DNA of 64,000 nt from Phoronis australis. Taxonomy: Eukaryota; Animalia; Phoronida. The stretch covers positions 113,312-177,311 of the forward strand of contig NMRA01000212.1 in assembly GCA_002633005.1 (NCBI GenBank). Reading direction: 5' to 3'. A program made the translations under genes and the position numbers. Below the pieces are notes generated by a model, which had not been told where the DNA came from, searched no databases, and saw only the letters and a program-made list of their open reading frames with translations. Positions 1-12,548 of the stretch are shown here, in pieces; the stretch's first letter is position 1, and each line of letters begins with the position of its first letter.

Positions 1-639
1 CTTGGCAGACTGAGACAGGCAGAGATGAGCCTACGAACTACGACATTTATTTTATAACGAGCTAAGAATTTCACTTCGTTCAGGGATCCATTCTATTGCC
101 TGATCACGCAGCAACTCGGTGATCAGCTTATACTTTTGTTTCTGTATCAACTTATTTGCTGAGGTACTGTACTGTTGACAGCCGGAAGGTTGCTGGTACA
201 GTAATGAGTAATGACGTACACTGACAGTAAAACCTAGTCAATTACATCCCTAGTTGTCCCAGCAGGCATCCACAAGCAATAGTGTACCCCCCCCCCCCTC
301 CCTAAAAATACAGAAAAAATTGTCAAATGAAACATGGTTATTGATTTCACATTTAGTTATAATTAACACAGTAAATCACAACCGATTCCATGAAAATCTG
401 TTGCAGTTCCCTTGAGCTTCCCACGCTGGGTGCCATTTTGAGGAAGTTACATGGAATCAGGCCTGTTCATGAACAAAATGTACAAAAATCTTACAAATTT
501 CACCAGATATCTTCCCATGTTATTTTTTTGTTAGTGTCGCACCAGTTCACGCACTTCGTTCAGCCTTAGCTTTTTGTTGCCTAACTCGCGTGATGTCAGT
601 TGCAATACTTTGTGGTTATCGTGTGCGGTGAAAAAGTTA

Positions 640-752
640 ATGGTGACCAAAACAAGTGAAGTTGGAATTCTTTGCCGAAGTCATCTTAATTTCTATATAC
701 ATGCTTCAGCTTTATTGAATGACGTTTTTATGTGTAAAATGTTTTTGGTGAG
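640..752 (+). CDS. Candidate first coding exon of BBS1
   Basis: Exon 1168 needs an upstream phase-2 donor. GTG AG|GTAAAA at 752/753 is in frame with ORF 574-756, which has ATGs at 640, 730 and 739. No homology support, so the true start may lie elsewhere. Confidence 0.3.
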
Positions 753-1167
753 GTAAAAACCTCTTTTTCAGTGATGGGATTTGGCCTACTGCCCATTTAA
801 AATGCGTAGAATGAGATTGGTACAGGAACCGATCGAAAGTATTGTAGCCCTAGACAGCCAGCCGAGGAGCTACGTGTTGCCAAAGTTTCTGATATCGAAG
901 TACTTTGACCTTTACCATACATAAATATTCCAAGAGTTCCTGCATCACTTGTAATGTTTATATGGAATTATTACCTCTACCAAGTTTTAGTTCAAAAAGC
1001 AATTCATAGGTGGTCACATAATTCTAAGGGCATGGAGTATAACGTTTACGAATTTCAGCCAAAAAACAGTCAAAAACGTACACTCACAAATTCTTTTCTA
1101 TTGAATTGAGTATCCTATTAGCACATGTCTTCAATTGTTTATCACTTGCACAATGTTTACTTTGTAG

Positions 1168-2190
1168 CCATGATGGCAAGGATGACAAGTGGTTGAAGGC
1201 ACACTATGACCCTGTGGCTACATTGTATACATTATCACAGTGCATGACACTGGGGGACATTCATGCAGATGGCGAAACCAAACTGGTCATTGCAGACCTT
1301 GGCACTGGCACTTATAACATGAAGCTTAAGGTATACAAAGGTAAGACATGGTTGTCAAACTTAAGTGAAGTTTACGTGCTCCTAATTAGGAAGTTATTTT
1401 ACAATTTTAACATCTTGTGATAACCTTTCTGCATCTGTGGGCCTATCAGTTGATAAATTGATGTGATAATAGAAATGTATGGAAAAAGATGACATTTACG
1501 CTGATGAAGTAACGCGTTGAAACAAGCTGCATTATTCAAAGTTATTCCCCAGCACTTGGATGTGGTGCTGTTGTACCCGGGCTAGACAATGTGTGGCGGA
1601 TCGCTTCTTCGCAAAACTAGCTATGAAATTTTTGTCTATTTCAGGAACTAACTTAATAAGCGAAAACACTATTATAGACTTGCCGACTGGCGTCGTCACA
1701 TTTTACATGGATCAAAATGAACCTCGTACCCCAGGTAGGATTCACATGTGACAGTCGAATTCTAATCAGACTAATTGAGTGCTATAATGGCAAACTGATT
1801 ATGTGTATAAGGCAACTCATTTACATCGTAGTCTGTGTGTCAGTGGCTTGAATGATGTAATCTCATCGATTTTGGATGCGATGAGGCAGGCAATGAAATT
1901 TGTCTTCTCTCATTTTTCTGTGTAAAAGATATTTAGTGTCAAAGTCATTCTTTACCATATTCAAACTCTGTATTATCAGTTATTTTTTTAAAATTTGAAC
2001 ATTCTCAACAATGTCAGAAGACATTGAAAATGAAAAGCGATTAACTTTGCAATTAGTTTTGTTCAGGCATTCTCACTCAAGGTCCTTTGGTCATAAATGT
2101 TGATTCTTTTCATGATCTATAGTTCCACTCTTATCCATTGGAGTTCTTCTGTTACTCAAACATTTCCGTCTGTATGGAAAGCAGATGTTC

Positions 2191-2229
<39 letters not shown>

Positions 2230-5200
2230 NNNNNNNNNNNNNNNNNNNNNNNNNNNNNNNNNNNNNNNNNNNNNNNNNNNNNNNNNNNNNNNNNNNNNNN
2301 NNNNNNNNNNNNNNNNNNNNNNNNNNNNNNNNNNNNNNNNNNNNNNNNNNNNNNNNNNNNNNNNNNNNNNNNNNNNNNNNNNNNNNNNNNNNNNNNNNNN
2401 NNNNNNNNNNNNNNNNNNNNNNNNNNNNNNNNNNNNNNNNNNNNNNNNNNNNNNNNNNNNNNNNNNNNNNNNNNNNNNNNNNNNNNNNNNNNNNNNNNNN
2501 NNNNNNNNNNNNNNNNNNNNNNNNNNNNNNNNNNNNNNNNNNNNNNNNNNNNNNNNNNNNNNNNNNNNNNNNNNNNNNNNNNNNNNNNNNNNNNNNNNNN
2601 NNNNNNNNNNNNNNNNNNNNNNNNNNNNNNNNNNNNNNNNNNNNNNNNNNNNNNNNNNNNNNNNNNNNNNNNNNNNNNNNNNNNNNNNNNNNNNNNNNNN
2701 NNNNNNNNNNNNNNNNNNNNNNNNNNNNNNNNNNNNNNNNNNNNNNNNNNNNNNNNNNNNNNNNNNNNNNNNNNNNNNNNNNNNNNNNNNNNNNNNNNNN
2801 NNNNNNNNNNNNNNNNNNNNNNNNNNNNNNNNNNNNNNNNNNNNNNNNNNNNNNNNNNNNNNNNNNNNNNNNNNNNNNNNNNNNNNNNNNNNNNNNNNNN
2901 NNNNNNNNNNNNNNNNNNNNNNNNNNNNNNNNNNNNNNNNNNNNNNNNNNNNNNNNNNNNNNNNNNNNNNNNNNNNNNNNNNNNNNNNNNNNNNNNNNNN
3001 NNNNNNNNNNNNNNNNNNNNNNNNNNNNNNNNNNNNNNNNNNNNNNNNNNNNNNNNNNNNNNNNNNNNNNNNNNNNNNNNNNNNNNNNNNNNNNNNNNNN
3101 NNNNNNNNNNNNNNNNNNNNNNNNNNNNNNNNNNNNNNNNNNNNNNNNNNNNNNNNNNNNCCCCCCCAAATAGACAAAAAACTGTAATATCCACATTGAT
3201 GAGGGCAGACTGTGGCATGAGTTGAGAACTTCACGTGAATTTGCACAGAATGCAAAATGAAAGCGACATTTGTTCTTGATTATGGGAGGAGATGTTACAC
3301 TTATAGCTTCATTCTATTAAGAAGTGGTTGTTTCTTGTGGCTTTCAAGGTACTAAAATGAATTAGCATAGCTTGTATATTAGAGCTGAGCACTGACCATT
3401 TGTATCTATTGAAAAATGATTGAAAAATAGAAAAATGCCATTTAGATCGATTGCTTTTTCCCTAATTGATGAAATTTAGTAGTTTTTGACTGGTTTTATT
3501 TTGCAGAAGTGAAGGGGTTCCGTTGACTGTCAGATCGTTGAAATATCTTCAGCTGGAGCTGTCAGATCTTGCTCATTTTGCTAATGTACACAAGCATGCT
3601 CAACTTAAAAGACAGGTAAAGTGGGACATTTCGCTCCATAAGTGTTCATTTTTGTGTTAGGCTCATTCGGTCATTACTCAACTTTTCAAACTGCATAATT
3701 GTCCATGTAACAGACACTGTTCTGGATCATGTTGGACGGTGAAATGATCGTAGCATGCTTAATCATCGTAACTTTTAAACAGTAAAATGTCACAATGGCA
3801 CAATCAAACTATCATAAGGGAGAATTTGTGCGGAGCTTCGAAGCGCAGGCTGTCCTAAGAAATTATTGGGTGCAGGGCTTTGCGGTTTATGAGCTTGCAA
3901 AAATTGACCTGACCCTCAAATGCCAACAGTTTGTGCAGACCCTGGCCACGCAAGTTATCACAATGTGCACAGGGCACCATTGGTGACAATGTGGCTTCCC
4001 TTAATTTGACCACATGCTGACATCGTCATAATCAACATCATGATGGTCGTAGATATTTTTGTGTTTTTTCACCAGCCTCTTATTGTTTTGGTGATGATAT
4101 GAATTGGCGAAGTCGTTATTATCTCTTGAAAGCTCTTGATGTTTTCATTACTGTTTGCACTATACCAGTTTGTTTTGAAGCTACTGCTCTCATCAGTGAG
4201 CTGATATCTAAAATCGAACACATTGACTTACCGGCATTATTTCTGTTCATTTTAGACTGTAATAACTTGCTTGAGTACCCTGAAGAAGTCGATGGCTGAA
4301 GACGACAGTATAAGTTGTCTGGTTCTTGGAACTGAAAGTAGTGCTGTCTATATCTTAGACCCAGAGGCATTCACTGTGCTCGCAACGGTAGGCACTCTTT
4401 CTTTTTACCAATGCTTAGTTGGTTTTCTGCATAACATCAAACAACTGTGTTCACAGTCGTATTGAGAGCAATGTATGCCAACTATTGGGCTGTTCAGTAT
4501 GTAAAAATCTAACTGTGTTGAAGTCGGGTATTGTGTGAAGGACTGAGAACAATATATTTTTTTAATTTGGGTGATGGCTAGTCACTCAGAGAAATCATTT
4601 TGAGATTTGTTGGAGGATTTCCAAGAATATTGATGGCGACATTAATTTGGAATTGTATTCTGTCAAAATGCCATTTATACATCGATATCGCATTGCCTTA
4701 TTCTTAATTACGCATTATATGTGAACTTGATTCCGTTTTTTAAATGCACAGTAAGAACATGCATTAGTTCATGTTTGTCTTTCAGATGACCCTGCCCAGT
4801 GTTCCAGTGTTTTTCAGCGTGTCTGGACTGTTTGATGTGGAGTTCAGAATTATTGTGGCTTGCAGGAATGGCTCTGTCTACACGCTCAAACGGTATATCT
4901 TGCGTGCACTGAAATGCTGTCAAATTCTGTCCGAGCACAAGGATTTTAAATTAGTAACTTTATTCATGTCCACTGTCATTTCTAGCCACTTTAGTTTGTT
5001 CTCTGGCACTGAACGGTAGTAAAATCGGGTGTTATGACTTTGTCATAACAGGCATTTCAGGGTCTCATAAGACAGGATATAACTCATAAATATTTGGTGT
5101 ACTTCGTGTTCACGTTCAGCATCACACAACAAAGAATGTATAATATGTGATAACATTATATGAAGGTTGAGTGACTCCGTGTACTAGTAGATAAGCTAAA

Positions 5201-8200
5201 GGACAACCCTCGTAAGGCACTTTTATCAAGAAACCTCTTATGGAAGGGAAATACCGAGTTTGTTCCCATACTTCAGCATTCCAGCGTCGTCAACCTAGTC
5301 AGCATTAGCAAGGCCTAAAACTTACTCACTCAACACTTACCTGTTAATCTCTTGAATGTGATCTCACAATCTTGCACGTTCTTGTCAATCTCTCCACAAA
5401 TTCAGTCTCTGAACATAAAGTGGGATTCTTGAAGGAAAATGTCATCGACATAATTGCTACTATTTTCCAGTCTTGCTAACAGCTACTACTACTGCTACTA
5501 CTACTACTATTACCCGCTACTACTTTTACTACTATTTTGATTGCAGAGGCTCTCAAACTGGTAAGCTGTGCTTTCAACTGAATTCTCACATTGTGGGAAT
5601 GGAGCGAATGAACAAGAACGTTGTTGTCGGTTGCATGGATCAGACCCTCAACTGTTTCACAACTAAGGTAGGCTGTTCCATAAGTGTCTCTTAAGCCACT
5701 TTTACACGAGAGACAGTTGTCAGTGCGTCAGTGGTCACGGCGCGACTTTCTCCACTTTAGTCACACTTACATGACATTAGATGACAAACTGGATCAACAT
5801 GAGTCACTTACACGAAGACAGTCTGTGCATGCTCGCATTAACAATTATAGCAAATGTCTAAATCTCGTGGAATGTCAGCCGATCATCCGAATACACAGTA
5901 TTGTGCAAGCACATTGAAAGATGATCCATTTTGGCCCTGGCCCAGTTGTGTTTAGACGTGTAGTTGACACTGGAGCAACTGATTGAGTGTAACTCGCTCT
6001 ACCTATCAAACTGGTGTAAAAACTGGCCGCCGCAGTGTCTCTCGCTCCGTTTCAGTCGTGTTTACACACACACTTGCGCTGGAGCAGCTGTTCCGTGTTT
6101 GCTGCGCCCGGTCAGCTGTCTGTTGTGTAAATGCGGCTTTATTAATTGTGCCATGATTTACTAATGTTACTCTGATTACAGTTGTGGTAAGTGTTCACCT
6201 ATTTAGCACACACTTTGGTGGATAGGTGAAATTTTATTTGGTCAAAGTTCCCAACTAAAATAAATATCAATGAAAATTGAGTTTATTAGATGTGGTGTTA
6301 AAATGGCCAAACTTTTTATTTTGTCCCTCCCCTTCACAACTGATATATGGATAAGTCCAATTTATCTGAACAGTTCCAAAAGTCTGACTGTTTATTCTCC
6401 AAAGACAAAAAATCATTTGAAAGTCTCGCTATTCACAGTTCTATCACTGAGCCAGCCTTTTTTGCTGAGTTGCTTTCGGCGCATGAAAATAGTACCCTGT
6501 CAATTCCAGCTTATTGAGTTCAATTTTCACCACAGCTGTTTCATGCTCAGAAATGATTTCTTTATAGTTAGGTAGAGGGGCATTGATCTATTTCTTAAGT
6601 AAGTGAAATCAAAAATCATCTAAGGCAAGCTCGTGGCACTTGTAACAATAGCATATCAGTGTGCATCAGAGGTCACTCTCTTCGTTTATGTGAAGCCACA
6701 TCATGATATCTCCACTTCACTACATGTATATTGTGTTGTTTTCAAACTAAGTTGAATATGCTTCGCCAGAATTCTGTCATACCCTGCCACACTTGACATA
6801 TTGGATGCCTGAATTATTTACCAATGAGGGCAAAACTTTTCTGTTGTCGAACTTAAATTAATTTTAAGCATTTTTGTTCCATTGCTGCTTTTCAAATTAA
6901 AATTTAGAGACGGTGGATGGACTGATCTCCAGTACAAGGTTCCATGTTTTAGAGGTGTTGATAAAGTAGGCCTAAGGCCATTGTACTGTTGTCATGAAGA
7001 AATTGATATTTATTGATATTTTCGTGCATCAAAACTTTTTCAAAATTCAGCGTTGTTCAATTGAATGTATGTTGAAATCTACACCTTCTCTGTGAGAAAG
7101 GGACTTCCCCAGAGCTCATTAAAATTTCACGACCTTTTTCATGTGTTCCAGGGAAAGAAATTGTGGACTCTACATTTACCAGCATCCGTCATGACTATGG
7201 AAGCAATGGACCACAAGACTCGAGGCTTCAAAGCTGTTCTTGTTAGCTTGGATAACTGTGAGGTTCACGTTTACCGAGACAAGTTTTTAGTCGATGTGAT
7301 AAAGACCGAAGATGTTGTTACTGGAATGAAATTTGGCAGATTTGGTCGGGAAGATGGAAGCTTGGTTATGACTACTAAAGGTATGATCATCGGGAATACT
7401 AGTCTTTTAAAGGAACATTATTGGTTTTATGGCCAAAAAGCCCATTTTAGGGATTATTGTTAGATTGAATAGACTTTTTGATGTAGCAGCTTTGACCAGA
7501 CCAAAAAAACATTAAAATACATTGTTTTTGTGATTTTATTTCAAATCACCAATTCTTGCCATTGTCTGCTGAACATTCACTGAAATCACAGCTAGTCACA
7601 TTACCAGTTAAATGAGCTTAAAATACTTTCATTCCCACTCATTAAGTGCGTTCCATTTATTGATTGCAGTTTAGTTTCAACAGCAGACCGCTGGACTGTT
7701 ACCCCAGAGGTTCCAAGTTCAAACCTACTCTGGGAATGATATCAGGAAAATTACTTTTTTGGCAATAATGTCCCTGTAATGCTTTTACCCATAATCGACA
7801 CTCTGCAGGTTTCATCTGCGAGATTGAACGAATGCTTATTGGTCTTGTTTTTTATTTGAGCCTGTTGTTGGCACAAACAACATTCAGTGTGAGCTCGTTT
7901 TATTGCTTTAATTAGAATGTGGGTATTGAAAACTAGAATTAGGACAGATGCGAAATTTTCTCTTCTGCCAAATTCTGATGTTTTGAAGCTGAAATATACC
8001 CGTAAAATAATTTCCTTATTAAATGAATTTCAGTCGCTTGTCAACAAGTCACAGTGACACCTTCTGGCTTGTTATCGGCTGCTTTATGATAATTGTGGAT
8101 TGTCAGTCATGGGTACGCACTTTTGTAAGCATAGTGAGTCATAGCTAAATGGCTCGTCTTCACTGTTCAACTCGGAGAAAACTTTATTGTGAATGGTGAT

Positions 8201-11200
8201 TTATCTGAAACACTAGCCATTGCATTTGTTAGATCAACATAGATGTCTTTGTACTTATTTCAATTGTATCTTGTTGGCCAGTAATAGCTTCTATACTTCT
8301 CTCATTGAATTTGTGTTGTTTGATAATTTCAGGTGGTGGCTTACTCATTAAAATGCTGAAAAGAACTGCCAAGTTTGAAGAAAAGGATGTCAGTGCTGGT
8401 CCACCTTTGGCTCAGAATACTAAATTGAACGTTCCAAAGAAAACCAAACTGTTTGTCGACCAGACCTTGAGAGAAAGAGATTGTTCAGTGTGTAAGTTTT
8501 CTTTGAGACAACACTTTAACGCTAGATGGGTCAAAGTTTTGCTTCATAACCCTAGAATTGCCTAAAATTGTTGTTTGTGTGGTTGTTACTTCGCTGTTGG
8601 GGGATAACTTACCTGTTTCTGTGGAGGACAAACAAGGAACTTCTTGTCATTGACTGTGCTGTGTCTTCTCGAGATAATAGCATTTTGTAATGTGTTCGTA
8701 ATTTCCTATAAACTCTGTTGGAAAAAAGCACTTTTATTGTTGGCACTACCACAAGCTGCTTAAAATACTTGAATGTGTTGTTTAACTGAAACAGTGACAC
8801 GATGTTAAACTAATAGTTTGGATCCTAATTTTGTGCCCAACATTAGACTGAACAAAATAGAGAGAGAAAATAAATTTTATTACAGTGACCAGTGTTACTT
8901 AAACACCCAGCCCAGTTTGCTTATTACTCACTTTTGTGACTTTAAACATATATTGTGTAGTAAATCCTCATTCCTTCCCCAGCAGGAGTCGTGTATATGA
9001 CTACAAAAACCAAATGTGCTAGTTTAATTGCAACCTTTACTAGCTCTGATGCAATGCTCCTTGTGCGCCCACGACATTTTGAATGATAAACGGAATGTTT
9101 ATTCATTTTTCTGTTTTTTCAGCAATGCATAGGACATTCCAGCATGATCTATACAGGCTTCGTTTAAACACAGCTCAGTCATACGTCAAGGCTCTGGAGA
9201 GCAGCCTCAACCCTGTCTCCTCAAATGCTTCCGAGCCAATAAAGATGAACGCTCAGGTAAATGTGTATTAAGATTTACGCTCAAAATGAGAGTTGTTGAT
9301 ACAGTTAGATGATGTACACGTTTGACATTTAGGTATAAGGTGGTTATGTTCAGAGGAAGGCGGTTACTATGACAACTAAACTGGGGTGTGGAATTTTGTT
9401 GCGCAGCGGAAAATAATTGTGTTTATGGATGGGATATTTATCATTAGTTCCAGTATTGATTGAACCTGTGCGTGGAATTGTGTCGTTGGAATGATTAAGT
9501 CATCATGATTGCATTTCAATTAACAGATCCATGGCATTGGCCCAGCATTCAAGTTGAGTGTACATCTGCAGAACACCTCGATGAACACACCATCTTTTAA
9601 CCTCTTCATTACGTTCATGTGCGATGATAAGTTGTACGCACTACAGAAAGACTACATCCAAGTAAGTTTTTAAAATACGTGCAAAATTTCGCTTTGGCAG
9701 TTGCTTCTCTATGACTGCTGTTGGATATTGCTCGGCATGTCTGGTATGGGTAAAGGTTACGGAGCACTCCATTTAGATTTTGATCATGAAACCAAACTAT
9801 TCACGTGCGGTACAACTTGTATTAGTTAAATCAACATGGCATCAATTTGGAACTCCATCTAGACTCCAATCTTGAAATCAAACCTTTCTCATATAGTATG
9901 TTTAGTAACCAGCTGTTAACTACATTTGAGGAGACTGTGTGGGTCAGTGGTTTGAACTCCAGACTCCCGATTGGGTGACCCGGTTCGAATCCTGGCTTTA
10001 CTGGCAGACGATTGAGCAAAGCACAAATGTGTCTCCTACTCCTCTGAGCTCAGTCTTACTAGTGAATGTATGCAAGGGAGTGAATGAGAACCTGGATATA
10101 ATGCGAAAGCGATTTCCGGGGCTATGCTTTTTCACTACATTTAGTGATTAATCACAGAACCAACTTATTCCAATTTCATTGACAACCAAGTTGGTGTTGG
10201 TACATAAGTCAACTTTAGTCGGAAGCTATTTCGGAATTCAACTCTCCTGTTGTGAAAGGTAAAAAATGCATTTCTTGACTGACCTAGATTTTGAAAGGTC
10301 TTTCAGCGGAGACGAATTCGAGTGATACATCAGACCCCACCCAGCTTATCAGGTATTGGACAGGTGTAAGCTTTGCGACTCATTGTGCCTCAGTAAATAT
10401 TTCCCAGTATTAGAATGACTGATGTCAACATGATTTTGCTGTAAATTAGTGATTAGCATAGCAGTCCTGTCAACCTCCTGTGCAAGTGTACTACTGACAT
10501 GCAGCACTGGGGGTTGGTTGATACCACACAACAGGGGGCGCTGTGTTAATGTTGGATTTAGGCTATAATTCCAACTTATCAGGTGCGGTAACATCATAGT
10601 GGAAGATCTGCAATAAGTGATGGTATAAGTCAGAATGTATACAATATACACGACGTGTCAAAACCAAAATATGTCCTTGCTTGTCTCGAGTGTCAGACAA
10701 CTAGAGGTCGTGCATATGATTTTGAAACAAATGAGAATGTTTTGTCAAGGCAAATAAATGGTTTATGCAATGGGCCCAACCATGAGGCCTGCGCACGTCT
10801 GATGCACCGCAAATGACATCAGACTACCTGCATTGTTTTTTTTTTAAATAAATGGTGCTTCTTTGGTTTCACTTTTGCTTAGACGTGGTCATGTCAGTGA
10901 TGATAAACAAGACAGTTCCAATATTCTTTGCTATGTTAGGAAGAAGAAAGGATCACGGTATCCTAACCATCATTATGTCAACTGGCAGACATTTAATTTA
11001 AAATACGGCCAGGTAATTTAAAAATTTACTGTTAAACTCCTTTTATTTTAGGTACCAATGTTGGTTCCTGGTGTCAACTACATATTTGAAACATTTGTGG
11101 AGTGCTTGAATGATAAAGGAATCTCCGATACCATCAAGGTAAAGACATTTATTTGTTGGAGTATTAAGTTTTGTAGGAATCTCTCTCTTTCACATGTTTA

Positions 11201-11870
11201 GTTGACACACGAGATATATTGGCTCTATTCAGATTTGAAGCCGGATAGAACCAATATTTCTCATGTGTTCAACAAAGCTCATGCATTAGTTTCTACAAAT
11301 ATTTTTAAAAATGTAGATGTGGTGAATTTTGATTTTTATTAACGCGGCACAATTGTTCTAATCCATGCACTCTCATAAATCTGAGTGTGCCTTATTCAGA
11401 TAGAATGTCTCTGAATGATTTGATATGACTTATATGAGTTGTATGCTACTTACAAAAACTTAAAAGGTAAACTATTGAAAGGAGTTGCATATAAAGTTTT
11501 TGAATCTCATTTGCTGAGAAATGAATTTTATAAGGAAAATGTTGTTTTGCGAGCCAGTGAGGAATATGTTTTATTTGTTAGTTCTGTGGAAATTGCCAAA
11601 CCATGGCATTGTGTTTTATTTATGATCTATTCACATCTTGTTTTATTGGTGATCATATGTTAAAAAGACTGCCATATTTATATTTCTGGAAATTCTTAAC
11701 TAAAACTCCAAGTCTTTAAATGTTTAATCCTCCTAGTTGGGTTTGACGGCCACAGTTACCTTAAGGTTTATGTCGTTTTTCAGGTGTTTGTGTTGAAGAA
11801 AGACAATAGTATACCAATCATTACTGCAGTTATCAACATGCCCGTCAGTGAAGCTATGGTTGTCGTCTGA
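1168..11870 (+). CDS. BBS1: Bardet-Biedl syndrome 1 protein (BBSome subunit), multi-exon; 5' exon uncertain and internal exon(s) in N gap
   Basis: GT-AG exons: 1168-1340, 1645-1734, [gap], 3507-3615, 4256-4387, 4786-4892, 5547-5667, 7152-7380, 8333-8491, 9123-9256, 9527-9661, 11052-11138, 11784-11870 (TGA). Phases are compatible except across the gap. Peptides match recalled BBS1 motifs: [122 protein letters not shown]-terminal [10 protein letters not shown]. Confidence 0.96.
2195..2229. repeat. (TC)n microsatellite running into the assembly gap
   Basis: Direct TC dinucleotide run ending at the Ns. Confidence 0.95.
2230..3160. other. Assembly gap (931 N) inside BBS1
   Basis: Run of N. The long ORFs spanning it are artefacts. 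Confidence 0.99.
5483..5535. repeat. Imperfect (CTA)n microsatellite just upstream of a BBS1 acceptor
   Basis: ctactactactgctactactactactattacccgctactacttttactacta. Confidence 0.85.
5694..6138. mobile_element. PIF/Harbinger-like MITE in BBS1 intron
   Basis: Imperfect TIRs AGCCACTTTTACACGAGAGACAGTTGTC ... GTCAGCTGTCTGTTGTGTAAATGCGGCT, flanked on both sides by TTA (5691-5693, 6139-6141), the TWA target duplication typical of Harbinger. No coding capacity recognised. Confidence 0.75.
7669..7735 (+). mobile_element. Degenerate tRNA-derived SINE head
   Basis: B-box-like AGTTCAAACC (7716-7725) preceded by a decayed D/anticodon-arm-like sequence. No intact cloverleaf. Confidence 0.35.
9931..10160 (+). 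mobile_element. tRNA-derived SINE (Pol III A/B boxes) in BBS1 intron
   Basis: A box TGGGTCAGTGG (9940-9950) and B box GGTTCGAATCC (9982-9992) at tRNA spacing. The acceptor stem does not pair, so this is a SINE rather than a tRNA. 3' end approximate. Confidence 0.65.
10766..10845 (+). repeat. Short dispersed repeat, copy 1
   Basis: TGCAATGGGCCCAACCATGAGGCC...TGCACCGCAAATGACATCAGAC(T/C)ACCTGC then a T-run; recurs at 20929-20993. Confidence 0.85.
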
Positions 11871-12542
11871 TGAACAGTGCAACTGTGCATCTTGTGTCCG
11901 TCCAATCGGTTGTTAGGGTTGTGCTTGCTTTGTGAATAAGATAAATTATTGTATTTTGAATTTGGATATTTTCTTTTAATACTTTTTGTATTTCAGTTAC
12001 TAAGGAAAGTTAAGATATCTGATTACATAATTTGAACGTGATATTAGAATCTTGTAATGCTGCCAATTCAGTGTTTACTGGTTCATGTGAGCAATGTCTA
12101 AGTAACGTTTATGTTTTCAGGAACAGTATGGTCACTTTTAAGTTTCTCCCAGACGCAGATGGGCCCCATTTTTTCGTGTTCGCAGAAAATGAAAAAATCT
12201 CAGGTCTAACGTTAATCAATAGCAGACTACCCTGGAGTCACATTTTCCCAAAATCCAACCAATTGTTTTCTTTATAGAGAGCTGTCATACAAATACATTC
12301 CTGTACTGAAGAATTTATTTTATTTTGCAAACTAACAATGTTGTCTTTTGGTGAGTTTAGACACAATCCGTGAGTGTCGTATTTCAAAAGTTGCACTATT
12401 GGCACTTTTGATTCATTGATTACATTAACTGTCATATTTGAATGCCTGGTTCTTTTTTGTATACCTTACTGTAGCCTGGGCGTGTGCAAGTGTATTTGTT
12501 CCCTAGGATGTATGCAAATATAATTGTATTCTCCTAATGCAG

Positions 12543-12548
12543 AATAAA
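12543..12548 (+). promoter_or_regulatory. Candidate BBS1 polyadenylation signal
   Basis: AATAAA about 670 nt after the stop, followed by U-rich sequence. Confidence 0.45.

Noticed and set aside
576-890. RFX X-box candidates (GTTGCCTAAC, GTTGCCAAAG) upstream of the ciliary gene BBS1
   Set aside because: Only half-sites; no full GTTGCCATGGCAAC-type palindrome, so not supportable as features.
2091-3255. Six long ORFs (346-375 aa)
   Set aside because: They are open only because they run through Ns and a TC microsatellite.
3788-3992. Possible MITE with TGTCAC(C)AATGG termini in a BBS1 intron
   Set aside because: The inverted match is only about 11 bp with an indel and there is no clear TSD.
9931-10004. 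tRNA gene
   Set aside because: A and B boxes are present but the acceptor and anticodon stems do not pair; treated as a SINE head.
10528-10545. CTCF-like motif (CAACAGGGGGCGCTG); similar motifs near 25560 and 42101
   Set aside because: Single degenerate motif matches are expected by chance at this length and have no supporting evidence.
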